This document shows, piece by piece, positions 1 through 7,976 of a stretch of 32,000 bases of DNA (the first letter of the stretch is position 1; each line of letters begins with the position of its first letter). The notes beneath the pieces were generated by a model. It was given only the letters and a program-made list of their open reading frames with translations, was not told the origin of the DNA and did no database searches. Made by a program: the position numbers and the translations under genes. The DNA comes from Rhodocyclales bacterium (GTDB lineage Bacteria > Pseudomonadota > Gammaproteobacteria > Burkholderiales > Rhodocyclaceae): assembly GCA_016192435.1 (NCBI GenBank), contig JACPUD010000082.1, positions 19,750-51,749 of the forward strand. The letters are read 5' to 3'.

Positions 1-1397
1 GGCCAGCCCAAAGGCATGCCGTCGAGCGGACGATTGGGCTGCACGCCGCGCGGATCATTGGGTGTGCGCGCGCAGGGCGGAATCGGGCGCGGGAAAGGCG
101 CCTTGTGGCGGAAGCCGCCCGGACGATCGATGGTGCCGAGCAGCGACATCAGGATCGCCAGCGCGCGTATGGTCTGGAAGCCGTTGCTGTGCGCCGCAAG
201 GCCGCGCATGGCGTGGAAAGCCACGGGATTGCCGGTCACCGTGTCGTGTTCATTGCCCCAGGAGTCGGTCCAGGCGATCGGCAGTTCAATCTTCTGGTCG
301 CGCGCGGTGACGCCCATCTCATGCGCCAACTGACGAATGACCTCGGCCGCTATGCCGGTGATCTGGCTCGCCCATTCCGGCGTGTAGTCCTTGACCCTTT
401 CCTGCAGCAACTGGAAGGCGGGCTTCACCCGCGTGCCATCCTTCAGGGTGAATTCGCCGAGCAGGTAGGGATCGGCGTCTGCTTCGTGCGTCACCACCGC
501 GCGGTTGGTGTTGCGGTCCCACCAGAGCTTGTCCTGCGGTTCGTAGCAGGCTTCCTCGGTGGGCACTTCGGTGCGCACGAAAAAGCCGAACTCGTCGTTG
601 CTCTCGCTGACGTTCACCAGTTGCCCGGCATTGCTGTACTTGACCAGGAAATCCCGGTCATAGAGTCCGGTGGCAATGATCTCGTGAATGATTGCCAGCA
701 GCAGTGCGCCATCCGTGCCGGGGCGGATCGGCACCCATTCGTCGGCAATTGCCGAGTAGCCGGTGCGCACCGGGTTGATCGAAATGAAGCGACCGCCATC
801 CCGCTTGAATTTGGACAGCGCGATTTTCAGCGGATTCGAATGATGGTCCTCGGCCGTGCCGATCATCACGAACAGCTTGGCGCGATCGAGGTCCGGTCCG
901 CCGAACTCCCAGAACGAGCCGCCTATCGTGTAGATCATGCCGGCCGCCATGTTGACCGAGCAGAAGCCGCCATGCGCCGCATAGTTGGGCGTGCCGAACT
1001 GGCGCGCGAACATGCCGGTCAGCGCCTGCATCTGGTCGCGACCGGTGAACAAGGCGAACTTCTTTGGATCGGTCGCGCGTATTTTGCCGAGACGTTCGGC
1101 CAGCGTGGCGAAGGCCTCTTCCCACTCGATCTCTTCGAACTCGCCGGCGCCGCGCTCGGCCCCCGCCTTGCGTTTCAGGGGCTTCAGTAGGCGCGCCGGG
1201 GAATACTGCTTCATGATGCCCGACGAACCCTTGGCGCAGATCACGCCCTGGTTCAGGGGGTGATCCGGATTGCCGTCGATGTAGCGCACCACGCCGTCAC
1301 GCAGATGCACCCGAATGCCGCAGCGGCAGGCGCACATGTAGCAGGTGGTGGTCTTGACTTCCTGAAGCGGAGAAATTGTTGCCTTGGCGTCTTGCAT
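1..1397 (-). CDS. Molybdopterin (bis-MGD, MopB superfamily) oxidoreductase catalytic subunit, N-terminal ~465 aa; 3' end lies beyond the left edge. Possibly SoeA-type cytoplasmic sulfite dehydrogenase subunit (tentative).
   Basis: Absent from the supplied ORF track because there is no stop in the window. My reverse-strand translation from ATG (1397-1395) stays open to position 1: MQDAKATISPLQEVKTTTCYMCACRCGIRVHLRDGVVRYIDGNPDHPLNQGVICAKGSSGIMKQYSPARL...AAHGGFCSVNMAAG...ISINPVRTG...PIRPGTDGALLLAIIHEI. It has the C-x2-C-x3-C-x27-C N-terminal 4Fe-4S motif typical of Mo/W bis-MGD enzymes and a candidate Mo-ligand Cys (GGFCS). There is no twin-arginine signal, so it is probably cytoplasmic. The long + strand ORF 105..1190 is its Arg/Ala-rich antisense shadow. 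Confidence 0.85.
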   Translation of the reverse strand, partial: MQDAKATISPLQEVKTTTCYMCACRCGIRVHLRDGVVRYIDGNPDHPLNQGVICAKGSSGIMKQYSPARLLKPLKRKAGAERGAGEFEEIEWEEAFATLAERLGKIRATDPKKFALFTGRDQMQALTGMFARQFGTPNYAAHGGFCSVNMAAGMIYTIGGSFWEFGGPDLDRAKLFVMIGTAEDHHSNPLKIALSKFKRDGGRFISINPVRTGYSAIADEWVPIRPGTDGALLLAIIHEIIATGLYDRDFLVKYSNAGQLVNVSESNDEFGFFVRTEVPTEEACYEPQDKLWWDRNTNRAVVTHEADADPYLLGEFTLKDGTRVKPAFQLLQERVKDYTPEWASQITGIAAEVIRQLAHEMGVTARDQKIELPIAWTDSWGNEHDTVTGNPVAFHAMRGLAAHSNGFQTIRALAILMSLLGTIDRPGGFRHKAPFPRPIPPCARTPNDPRGVQPNRPLDGMPLGW

Positions 1398-1480
1398 TGA
1401 GGGAAGTCGTCGCGAGTCCGGGAAATCTACATTAGAAAGTCTCAATATTCTGACGATAAGCCCGGCTGGGGCACAAGGGG

Positions 1481-1502
1481 ATAATTTCTATTTTTCGATA
1501 AG
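1481..1502 (+). promoter_or_regulatory. AT-rich conserved box copy 1 (ATAATTTCTATTTTTCGATAAG) in the divergent intergenic region between the Mo-oxidoreductase and the unknown three-gene module
   Basis: 20/22 identical to 12917..12938, in the same orientation. It lies 88 nt upstream of ATG 1591 (+) and 83 nt upstream of ATG 1397 (-). An extra CGATAAG copy sits at 1454-1460. Confidence 0.55.
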
Positions 1503-1590
1503 CAACAGTGATTGCCCGAGCTCCGCCACTCGCTGTAGAGTACCCGGCCCGCGTTGATGCGTGCTGAACCCCGCCCGAAGGCAAACAGCC

Positions 1591-1995
1591 ATGAATATTC
1601 CCGACTTCACCGATAGCGAATTCCAACTGGTCAATCAGATTCTGTTGGAACGTTACAGTCGCCTGGTTCCGCTGCAGGCGGCCGACGTCGAGCTGCAACT
1701 CGATCCGACAAGCGAGACGCTGACGACCTGCCCCTCGCTTTACTGGAACGAACTGGGTGCGGAATTCATTGTCAGCAAACTGGCCGACCAGCGCTTCCGC
1801 TGCCAGTTCTTCTATTCGGCCGATGAACAGTTCGGCACCGGGCGCGACTTCTACGACAATCTTGGCGACTGCGTAACCAATCTGCTGCAGATCCAGGCCG
1901 ACCACCACGGAACGCGCTCCGCTGCTTTGACCGAAACCATCGGCAACAAGGCCCCGGCGCAGGATGAGGACTACCACGGCCCGCTGGTGATATGA
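1591..1995 (+). CDS. Hypothetical protein (134 aa from ATG 1591; ORF track offers a GTG at 1561)
   Basis: The ORF has high third-position GC and a balanced, acidic composition (MNIPDFTDSEFQLVNQILLERYSRLVPLQAADVELQLD...). GAAGG lies about 10 nt upstream of ATG 1591. Its stop overlaps the next start (ATGA at 1992-1995). I recognise no family. Confidence 0.55.
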   Translation: MNIPDFTDSEFQLVNQILLERYSRLVPLQAADVELQLDPTSETLTTCPSLYWNELGAEFIVSKLADQRFRCQFFYSADEQFGTGRDFYDNLGDCVTNLLQIQADHHGTRSAALTETIGNKAPAQDEDYHGPLVI

Positions 1996-2180
1996 CGCTG
2001 GAGAAGGCCCGCGAGTTGCTGGGCATCCAGGTCAGTTTTGGCGGCGGCTACAACCGCAATGGCGCGCGCCTGATCCTGGCCGAGGTGGCAAAGGAGCACG
2101 GCCAGGAGGCCACCGACGCGCTGATCCGCGAGTTGGGTCTCGATCGACTTTTCGGCTTTACGCCGGGCCAACCTCTATGA
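1992..2180 (+). CDS. Small hypothetical protein (62 aa), translationally coupled on both sides
   Basis: ATGA overlaps occur with the upstream gene (1992) and the downstream gene (2177). The codons are GC3-rich and the sequence looks helical (MTLEKARELLGIQVSFGGGYNRNGARLILAEVAKEHGQEATDALIRELGLDRLFG). I recognise no family. Confidence 0.5.
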   Translation: MTLEKARELLGIQVSFGGGYNRNGARLILAEVAKEHGQEATDALIRELGLDRLFGFTPGQPL

Positions 2181-2710
2181 AAATCTGCATCCTGTCCGAC
2201 AGCCACGACCGCGGTCCGATGATGGCGGCGGCTGTTGCCGCAGCCAAAGCCGAAGGTGCAGAAGCAGTCATCCACTGCGGCGACATCATCGGCGGCAACA
2301 CCCTGAAGGCATCGCTCAAGCTGGGCCTGCCGATCCATGCCGTGCACGGCAACAATCTCGGCGACCCGGTATCCATCGCCCGCATCGCCTGCCATTCGGA
2401 AGGCCAGTTGCACTATCACGGCCAGGATGCCGTGATCGAACTCGGCGGACGACGCATCTTCCTGACCCACTACCCGCACATCGGTCATGGCATGGCCTGC
2501 ACCGGGGATTATGATCTGGTCTGCTGCGGCCACAGTCACGAGACGGAAATCCGCCAGCAGGCCAACGTCAAGGGCGGCCTGACCTGGCTGGTCAACCCGG
2601 GAACGGTGGCAGGTCTCGGGGCACCGACCGCAACCTGGATATTCGGCGACCTGGCGGCGCTCAAATTCGAGATTCGTGAACTGGCGCCGGGATCCGCGAC
2701 GAAGCAATGA
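2177..2710 (+). CDS. Metallophosphoesterase, YfcE/MJ0936 (Vps29-like) family
   Basis: The calcineurin-like phosphoesterase motifs appear in order: ILSDSHD (DxH), HCGD (GD), HGNN (GNx), THYPH, CCGHSH (GHxH). The size (177 aa) is typical for the family. Confidence 0.8.
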   Translation: MKICILSDSHDRGPMMAAAVAAAKAEGAEAVIHCGDIIGGNTLKASLKLGLPIHAVHGNNLGDPVSIARIACHSEGQLHYHGQDAVIELGGRRIFLTHYPHIGHGMACTGDYDLVCCGHSHETEIRQQANVKGGLTWLVNPGTVAGLGAPTATWIFGDLAALKFEIRELAPGSATKQ

Positions 2711-2851
2711 ATCGATCCCTGCCGAGGCCGCTGCCGCTGCAACTCGTCACATTCAGCTTTTCTATTGGAACATTGGAAGATTGCACAGGTCGGAGTCGCG
2801 ACAGTCGATAAAATTCGCGGCACTCAAGTACATTAATCCCGGGAGCTCGAT

Positions 2852-4138
2852 GTGACGGCTTCAATAGCAACCAACCAGACGATACTGGTCGTCGGCGGCG
2901 GCATCAGCGGCATGACCGCAGCGCTCGAAGCCGCGGAATGCGGCAAGCAGGTGATCCTGGTCGAAAAGGCACCTGTCCTCGGTGGCCGCACCGCGCGGCT
3001 CTACCGCTACTTTCCCAAGATGTGCCATCCGACCTGCGGGCTGGAAATCAATCTGCGGCGCCTCAAGCAGAACCGCAACGTGCGCCTGATGACCATGACC
3101 GAGGTCACCGCCGTCTCCGGCAGCCGCGGCAACTATGAAGTGACGCTGAAAGTCGCGCCGCGCTTCGTCAATGAAAACTGCACCGCCTGCGGCAAATGCG
3201 CCGAGGCCGTCAGCGCCGAAGTACCGAACCCCTGGAACTACGGCCTGGACAAGATGAAGGCGGCCTACCTGCCGCACAACATGGCCTATCCGCAGCGCTA
3301 TGTGATCGACCCGTCGATCGTCGGCACGCCCGAGGGCGAGAAGGCCAAGGCCGCCTGCCCGGTCGGCGCCGTCGATCTCGACATGAAGGAAGAATCGGTC
3401 ACGCTGCAGGTCGGCGCCGTGATCTGGGCCACCGGCTGGCGCCCCTACGACGCCAACAAGATCCAGCCCTATGGCTACGACCGCTTCCCCAATGTGATCA
3501 CCAGCCTCGAATTCGAGCGTCTGGCCGATCCGCAAGGCCCCACCGGCGGCAAGATTCTGCGTCCGGGCGACGGCAAGGAGGCGAAGAACATAGCTTTCAT
3601 CCAGTGTGCCGGATCGCGCGACGAGAATCACCTGCGCCACTGCTCGCGCATCTGCTGCATGGCCTCGCTGAAGCAGACACAGTACGTGCGTGAAGCCTAC
3701 GGCGATAGCGGCAAGTCGACCATCTACTACATCGACATCCGCGCCATCGACCGCTTCGAGGACTTCTACCAGATGGTGCAGAAGGATGCGACGGTCAGCT
3801 TCGTCAAGAGCAAGGTGGCGAAGATTGTCGAGAACACGGAAAACGGCAACCCGATTCTGCATGGCGTCGATACCGAGGGCTACCACCGCTACGCCACCGA
3901 GCATGACCTGGTGGTGCTGGCCGTGGGCATGGAGCCGGAGATCACCGGTGTGAAATTGCCCGATGACATCATTCTCGACTCGTCGAACTTCATCGAGGGC
4001 AGCAAGGACGGCGGCATGTTCGGCGCCGGTTCGGCAGCAAGCCCGCTCGACGTCAATCGCTCGGTGCAAAGCGCCACAGCGGCATCGCTGCACGCGATTC
4101 AGGTCATTCGTAAAACCGCTTCAACGGAGGCCGCGTAA
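2852..4138 (+). CDS. qmoA: QmoA (HdrA-like flavoprotein subunit of the quinone-interacting/APS-reductase-associated Qmo complex)
   Basis: GTG start preceded by GGGAG. FAD fold ILVVGGGISGMTAALEAAECG...VEKAPVLGGR, an HdrA-like core (FIQCAGSRD, CSRICC), 428 aa. It is the first gene of a qmoA-qmoB-hdrC-hdrB row facing sat-aprBA. Confidence 0.85.
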   Translation: MTASIATNQTILVVGGGISGMTAALEAAECGKQVILVEKAPVLGGRTARLYRYFPKMCHPTCGLEINLRRLKQNRNVRLMTMTEVTAVSGSRGNYEVTLKVAPRFVNENCTACGKCAEAVSAEVPNPWNYGLDKMKAAYLPHNMAYPQRYVIDPSIVGTPEGEKAKAACPVGAVDLDMKEESVTLQVGAVIWATGWRPYDANKIQPYGYDRFPNVITSLEFERLADPQGPTGGKILRPGDGKEAKNIAFIQCAGSRDENHLRHCSRICCMASLKQTQYVREAYGDSGKSTIYYIDIRAIDRFEDFYQMVQKDATVSFVKSKVAKIVENTENGNPILHGVDTEGYHRYATEHDLVVLAVGMEPEITGVKLPDDIILDSSNFIEGSKDGGMFGAGSAASPLDVNRSVQSATAASLHAIQVIRKTASTEAA

Positions 4139-4140
4139 TC

Positions 4141-6384
4141 ATGGCCGATAACAAATTCGCCGCATATATCTGCTCCGGCTGTGGCATCGGCGATGCCATG
4201 AAGGTGCCGCAGCTCGAGGCCATCGCCAAGAAGGAAGGCAAGATGGCCATCGTCAAGAGCCATCCTTTCCTCTGCAATGCCGAAGGCGTGCAGATGATCA
4301 GGGACGACATCGCCAACGAGGCGGTGACCCATGTCTGCATCGGTGCCTGCTCGCGTCGCGCCAAGACCGAGGCCTTCCAGTTCGAGGGCGTCGCCATGTC
4401 GCGCGCCAATCTGCGCGAAGGCGTGCTGTGGGTGGTTGCCGCCGGCAAGGATCACGATGAGGTGCGCCAGGAGATGGCGGCCGACTACATCCGCATGGGC
4501 TGCGCCGAGGTCAAGAAGATGACCCCCCCGGCCGGCAACACCAAGGAAAGCTCGAGCAAGCGCATCCTGGTCGTCGGCGGTGGCATGTCGGGCATGACCG
4601 CAGCGCTGGAAATCGCCGCGGCCGGCTACGAGGCCGTGCTGGTCGAGAAGACCGGCGCCCTGGGTGGCATGGCGGCGCAACTCTGGAAACGCCAGCCCTT
4701 CAAGGAACCCTACGCCGCGGCACAGGAGACGGGCGTGGCCGAAATGGCCGCAAAGATTGCCGCCAACCCGAAGATCAAGCTGCACCTGAATACGACCATC
4801 GCCGAAACCTCCGGCGCACCGGGCCGCTTCGCGGTCAAGCTGGCTCAGGAATCGGGAGCCGTAAGCGAGGAAACTGTCGGCGCGATCGTCCAGGCCACAG
4901 GCTTCACGACTTACGATATGGCCAAACTGCCCGAGCTCGGCGGCGGCCAGCCCAACGTGGTGGACCAGGCCGGACTCGAAGCCCTGGCCATGGCCACCAA
5001 GGGTGGCGCGATCAAGCGCGCCGACGGCAAGGAAGTCAAATCGGTGGTCTTCGTCCAGTGCGCCGGTCAGCGCGACGAGACTGGCACGCACCTGTCCTAC
5101 TGCTCCGGACACTGCTGCGGCACCAGCATCAAGCAGGCGACCTACTTCAAGGACCAGAACCCCGAGATCGACACCGTGGTCATGTACCAGGATCTGCGCG
5201 TGCCGGGCATGGGCGAAGACTTCTACCGCAGCGCACAGGAACGCGGCGTGATCTTCACCAAGGGCAAGGCGAGCACGGTCACCGGCGGCGATAGTTGCAA
5301 TGTGACGTTCAAGGATCTGATCCTCGACGAGGAAAGCACCATTGCCACCGACCTCGTGGTACTGGCGACGGGTCAAGTGCCCAATGCCGGCGTCGATCTC
5401 GAAGCCTGGAACCCGGTCGTCACCGCGGCCGAAGGCGGCAACGAAGAGGCCAAGATCCAGCGCGACGCGATGCGCACTACCTCGGTGCTCAAGCTCAACT
5501 ACCGCCAGGGCCCGGACGTTCCGCAGTTCAAGCATGGCTTCGCCGACTCGCACTTCATCTGCTTCCCCTACGAAACGCGCCGCACCGGCATCTATGCCGC
5601 GGGTCCGGTCAGACGCCCGATGGACATCCTGCAGGCCACCGACGACGCCACCGGCGCCGCGCTGAAGGCAATCCAGGCCGTCGAGAATGCCGCCGTCGGC
5701 CGCGCCGCGCATCCGCGTTCGGGTGACCTGTCCTTCCCCACCGCGCGCCTCGAAGGCTGCACCCAATGCAAGCGCTGCACGGTGGAGTGCCCCTTCGGCG
5801 CCATCGACGAGGATGAAAAACGCTTCCCGGTGTTCAACGAAGAGCGCTGCCGCCGTTGCGGCACCTGCATGGGCGCCTGTCCGGTCCGCGTGATTTCCTT
5901 CGAGAACTACTCCTGCGATACCGTCGGCAGCCAGGTCAAGGCGGTCGAGGTGCCCGACGAGGACGAAGAGAAGCCACGCATCCTGGTGCTGGCCTGCGAG
6001 AACGACGCCTACCCGGCGCTCGACATGGCGGGCATGGCACGTATCAACTATTCGGCCTTTGTCCGCGTCATTCCGGTGCGCTGCCTCGGTTCGGTGAACA
6101 CCATCTGGATCACCGATGCACTGAATGCCGGCTACGACGGCGTGATGATGATGGGCTGCAAGAAGGGCGACGAGTACCAGTGCCACTTCGTCAAGGGCTC
6201 GGAACTCGCCCATTACCGCATGAGCAAGATCGGCGACACGCTGACGCAGCTCGGCCTCGAACCCGAGCGGGTGCAGACGCAGGAAGTCGCGATCACCGAC
6301 AACGCCCGCGTGGTCAAGCTGATCAACGACTATGTCGCCGAACTTGAAAAGCTCGGCCCCTCGCCCATGAAGGGCTTCGGCTAA
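4141..6384 (+). CDS. qmoB: QmoB (HdrA-like flavoprotein with two ferredoxin-type 4Fe-4S motifs and a C-terminal MvhD-like domain)
   Basis: GGAGG RBS. ILVVGGGMSGMTAALEIAAAG. FVQCAGQRD...CSGHCC. CTQCKRCTVECPFGAI and CRRCGTCMGACPVRVI. The C-terminal region ILVLACENDAYPALD...VIPVRCLGSVN...GYDGVMMMGCKKGDEYQCHF is MvhD-like. Confidence 0.88.
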   Translation: MADNKFAAYICSGCGIGDAMKVPQLEAIAKKEGKMAIVKSHPFLCNAEGVQMIRDDIANEAVTHVCIGACSRRAKTEAFQFEGVAMSRANLREGVLWVVAAGKDHDEVRQEMAADYIRMGCAEVKKMTPPAGNTKESSSKRILVVGGGMSGMTAALEIAAAGYEAVLVEKTGALGGMAAQLWKRQPFKEPYAAAQETGVAEMAAKIAANPKIKLHLNTTIAETSGAPGRFAVKLAQESGAVSEETVGAIVQATGFTTYDMAKLPELGGGQPNVVDQAGLEALAMATKGGAIKRADGKEVKSVVFVQCAGQRDETGTHLSYCSGHCCGTSIKQATYFKDQNPEIDTVVMYQDLRVPGMGEDFYRSAQERGVIFTKGKASTVTGGDSCNVTFKDLILDEESTIATDLVVLATGQVPNAGVDLEAWNPVVTAAEGGNEEAKIQRDAMRTTSVLKLNYRQGPDVPQFKHGFADSHFICFPYETRRTGIYAAGPVRRPMDILQATDDATGAALKAIQAVENAAVGRAAHPRSGDLSFPTARLEGCTQCKRCTVECPFGAIDEDEKRFPVFNEERCRRCGTCMGACPVRVISFENYSCDTVGSQVKAVEVPDEDEEKPRILVLACENDAYPALDMAGMARINYSAFVRVIPVRCLGSVNTIWITDALNAGYDGVMMMGCKKGDEYQCHFVKGSELAHYRMSKIGDTLTQLGLEPERVQTQEVAITDNARVVKLINDYVAELEKLGPSPMKGFG

Positions 6385-6406
6385 GCCAATACTGGAGACG
6401 CGATTA

Positions 6407-7042
6407 ATGACTACCGCAAATCAATCGGCGAATTTGGGTGCACTGGAGCGTTACCGCAACAACTTCCTCAAGGAAGTCGAGGCCAACGTCGAAGAAGGCC
6501 ACATGGTCAAGATGTGCATGCAGTGCGGCGTCTGCGCCGGCTCCTGTCCCTTCGGCCCGCACTGGGAACATTCGCCGCAGAAGATCTTCATGATGATCCG
6601 CGCCGGCAAGCGCGACGAGGTGCTGGGCTCGGACTCGATGTTCATGTGCACTTCCTGCTACAACTGCATGGTGCGCTGCCCACGCGAGTTGCCGATCACC
6701 CACATAATGCACGGTCTGGCCAATTACGCCCATCGCCTCGGCATCGCGCCCAAGGGCCAGCCGACGCGCGAGTTCGCCACGCTGTTCTGGAACAACGCGA
6801 TCAAGAAGGGGCGCGTCAATGAACTGACGCTCACGCTACGCCACTATTTCAGGGGCGGCCTGGTGTCCGGCATCAAGGAAGCAATGGCGATGCAGAGCAT
6901 CGGCCTCGGCCTGTTCCTCGCCAAGCGGCTGAACCCGATGGAAATCTTCGGCGGTCACGGCGTCAAGGACCTAAAAGGCTTCCACGCCATCATCGCCAAG
7001 GCGAAGGAAATCGAGGATCGCAAGAAGGGCTTCACTGCCTGA
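6407..7042 (+). CDS. hdrC: HdrC-like iron-sulfur protein (two 4Fe-4S motifs), occupying the position of QmoC
   Basis: CMQCGVCAGSCP and CTSCYNCMVRCP (CxxCxxCxxxCP twice). 211 aa, GGAGA RBS. I see no convincing transmembrane or heme-b domain. Confidence 0.8.
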   Translation: MTTANQSANLGALERYRNNFLKEVEANVEEGHMVKMCMQCGVCAGSCPFGPHWEHSPQKIFMMIRAGKRDEVLGSDSMFMCTSCYNCMVRCPRELPITHIMHGLANYAHRLGIAPKGQPTREFATLFWNNAIKKGRVNELTLTLRHYFRGGLVSGIKEAMAMQSIGLGLFLAKRLNPMEIFGGHGVKDLKGFHAIIAKAKEIEDRKKGFTA

Positions 7043-7056
7043 CGGAGAGACAGAAA

Positions 7057-7956
7057 ATGGCAAAGAAAGAATACGCGTTCTATCCGGGCTGCTCTTCGCA
7101 GCTCAAGGCATCGGCATCGAACTATCTGGTGTCGACGAACTCGATGTGCAAATCCCTGGACATCAAGCTGACCGAGATTCCGGACTGGAATTGCTGTGGC
7201 GCATCGGTCGGCTACTGCGAAGGCGGCGAACTACCGCGCATGGCGATCAATGCCCGCAACTTCGCCCAGGCCGAAACCCATCTGCCGGGCCAAGACATCG
7301 TCGCCACCTGCGCCGCCTGCTGGCTCGGCGCGCGCGAAAGCAAGGAAAGGCTCGATGGTTCGGCGCAGCTGATGAAGGAGACCAACGAGGCGCTGGCCGC
7401 CGCCGGACTGCATTACAGCGGCGGCGCGAACGTGCGCCACATGGTCGAGGTGCTGATCGAGGACTTCGGCTACGACGGGCTCAAGGCGCCGATGAAGAAG
7501 TCGCTGGAAGGTATCAAGTTCGCCGGCTATGTCGGCTGCCAGACCAACCGCCCCTTCGGCATCGATGGCGAGTCCTTCGAGAATCCGCTCTACCTGGACA
7601 AGATGGTCGAGACCCTGGGCGGCGAGGCATTGACCAAGTACGAGCAGAAAGTGACCTGCTGCGGCGGCGCACTGGCCTTTTCCGAGCCGGAGAAGAGTCA
7701 GAAGCAGATTCGCGACATCGTCGAATCGGCCTATGACCACGGCGCCGAAATGATCGTCACGCCTTGCCCGCTGTGCCAGGCCAACGTCGAGGTTTACCAG
7801 TCCGAGATCAACAAGAAGCAGGGCACCAAGTTCAACATGCCGGTGCTCTACTACTCGCAACTGATGACCATCGCCTACGGTGGCAGCGCCAAGGACGCCG
7901 GCCTCAACGGCCAGTTGATCCGCGCCGAAAAGCTCGAAAAGATCGCCGGCAAGTAA
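7057..7956 (+). CDS. hdrB: HdrB-like protein with two CCG domains
   Basis: YPGCS, PDWNCCGA, GCQT...KVTCCGGA, TPCPLCQ (duplicated CCG-domain pattern of HdrB/SdhE/GlpC-type proteins). GGAGAGA RBS. Confidence 0.85.
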   Translation: MAKKEYAFYPGCSSQLKASASNYLVSTNSMCKSLDIKLTEIPDWNCCGASVGYCEGGELPRMAINARNFAQAETHLPGQDIVATCAACWLGARESKERLDGSAQLMKETNEALAAAGLHYSGGANVRHMVEVLIEDFGYDGLKAPMKKSLEGIKFAGYVGCQTNRPFGIDGESFENPLYLDKMVETLGGEALTKYEQKVTCCGGALAFSEPEKSQKQIRDIVESAYDHGAEMIVTPCPLCQANVEVYQSEINKKQGTKFNMPVLYYSQLMTIAYGGSAKDAGLNGQLIRAEKLEKIAGK

Positions 7957-7976
7957 GCCGGAGGGTAGAACCAAGA

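Noticed and set aside
105-1190. 361-aa + strand ORF, the longest ORF the track offers in the first 1.4 kb
   Set aside because: Its composition is Arg/Ala/Gly-rich with no motifs. It lies exactly antisense to a minus-strand frame that translates into an unmistakable molybdopterin oxidoreductase. It is a typical high-GC shadow ORF.
2762-2785. Possible sigma-54 promoter (TGGAAC...TTGCAC) upstream of qmoA
   Set aside because: The GG-to-GC spacing is 14 or 6 nt, not the required 10 nt, and the -24 element is TGGAAC rather than TGGCAC.
4099-6213. 704-aa minus-strand ORF antisense to qmoB. Similar long antisense ORFs: 2861..4093(-), 7231..8022(-), 8030..8965(+), 8962..11133(+), 11580..12611(+), 14706..15971(-), 17693..18826(-), 18823..19788(-), 23554..24588(-), 28342..29250(-), 29599..30258(-)
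   Set aside because: All lie opposite genes with strong family signatures. They have low-complexity A/G/R/L-rich sequences, no recognisable motifs, and no RBS or operon logic. I regard them as GC-driven open frames, not genes.
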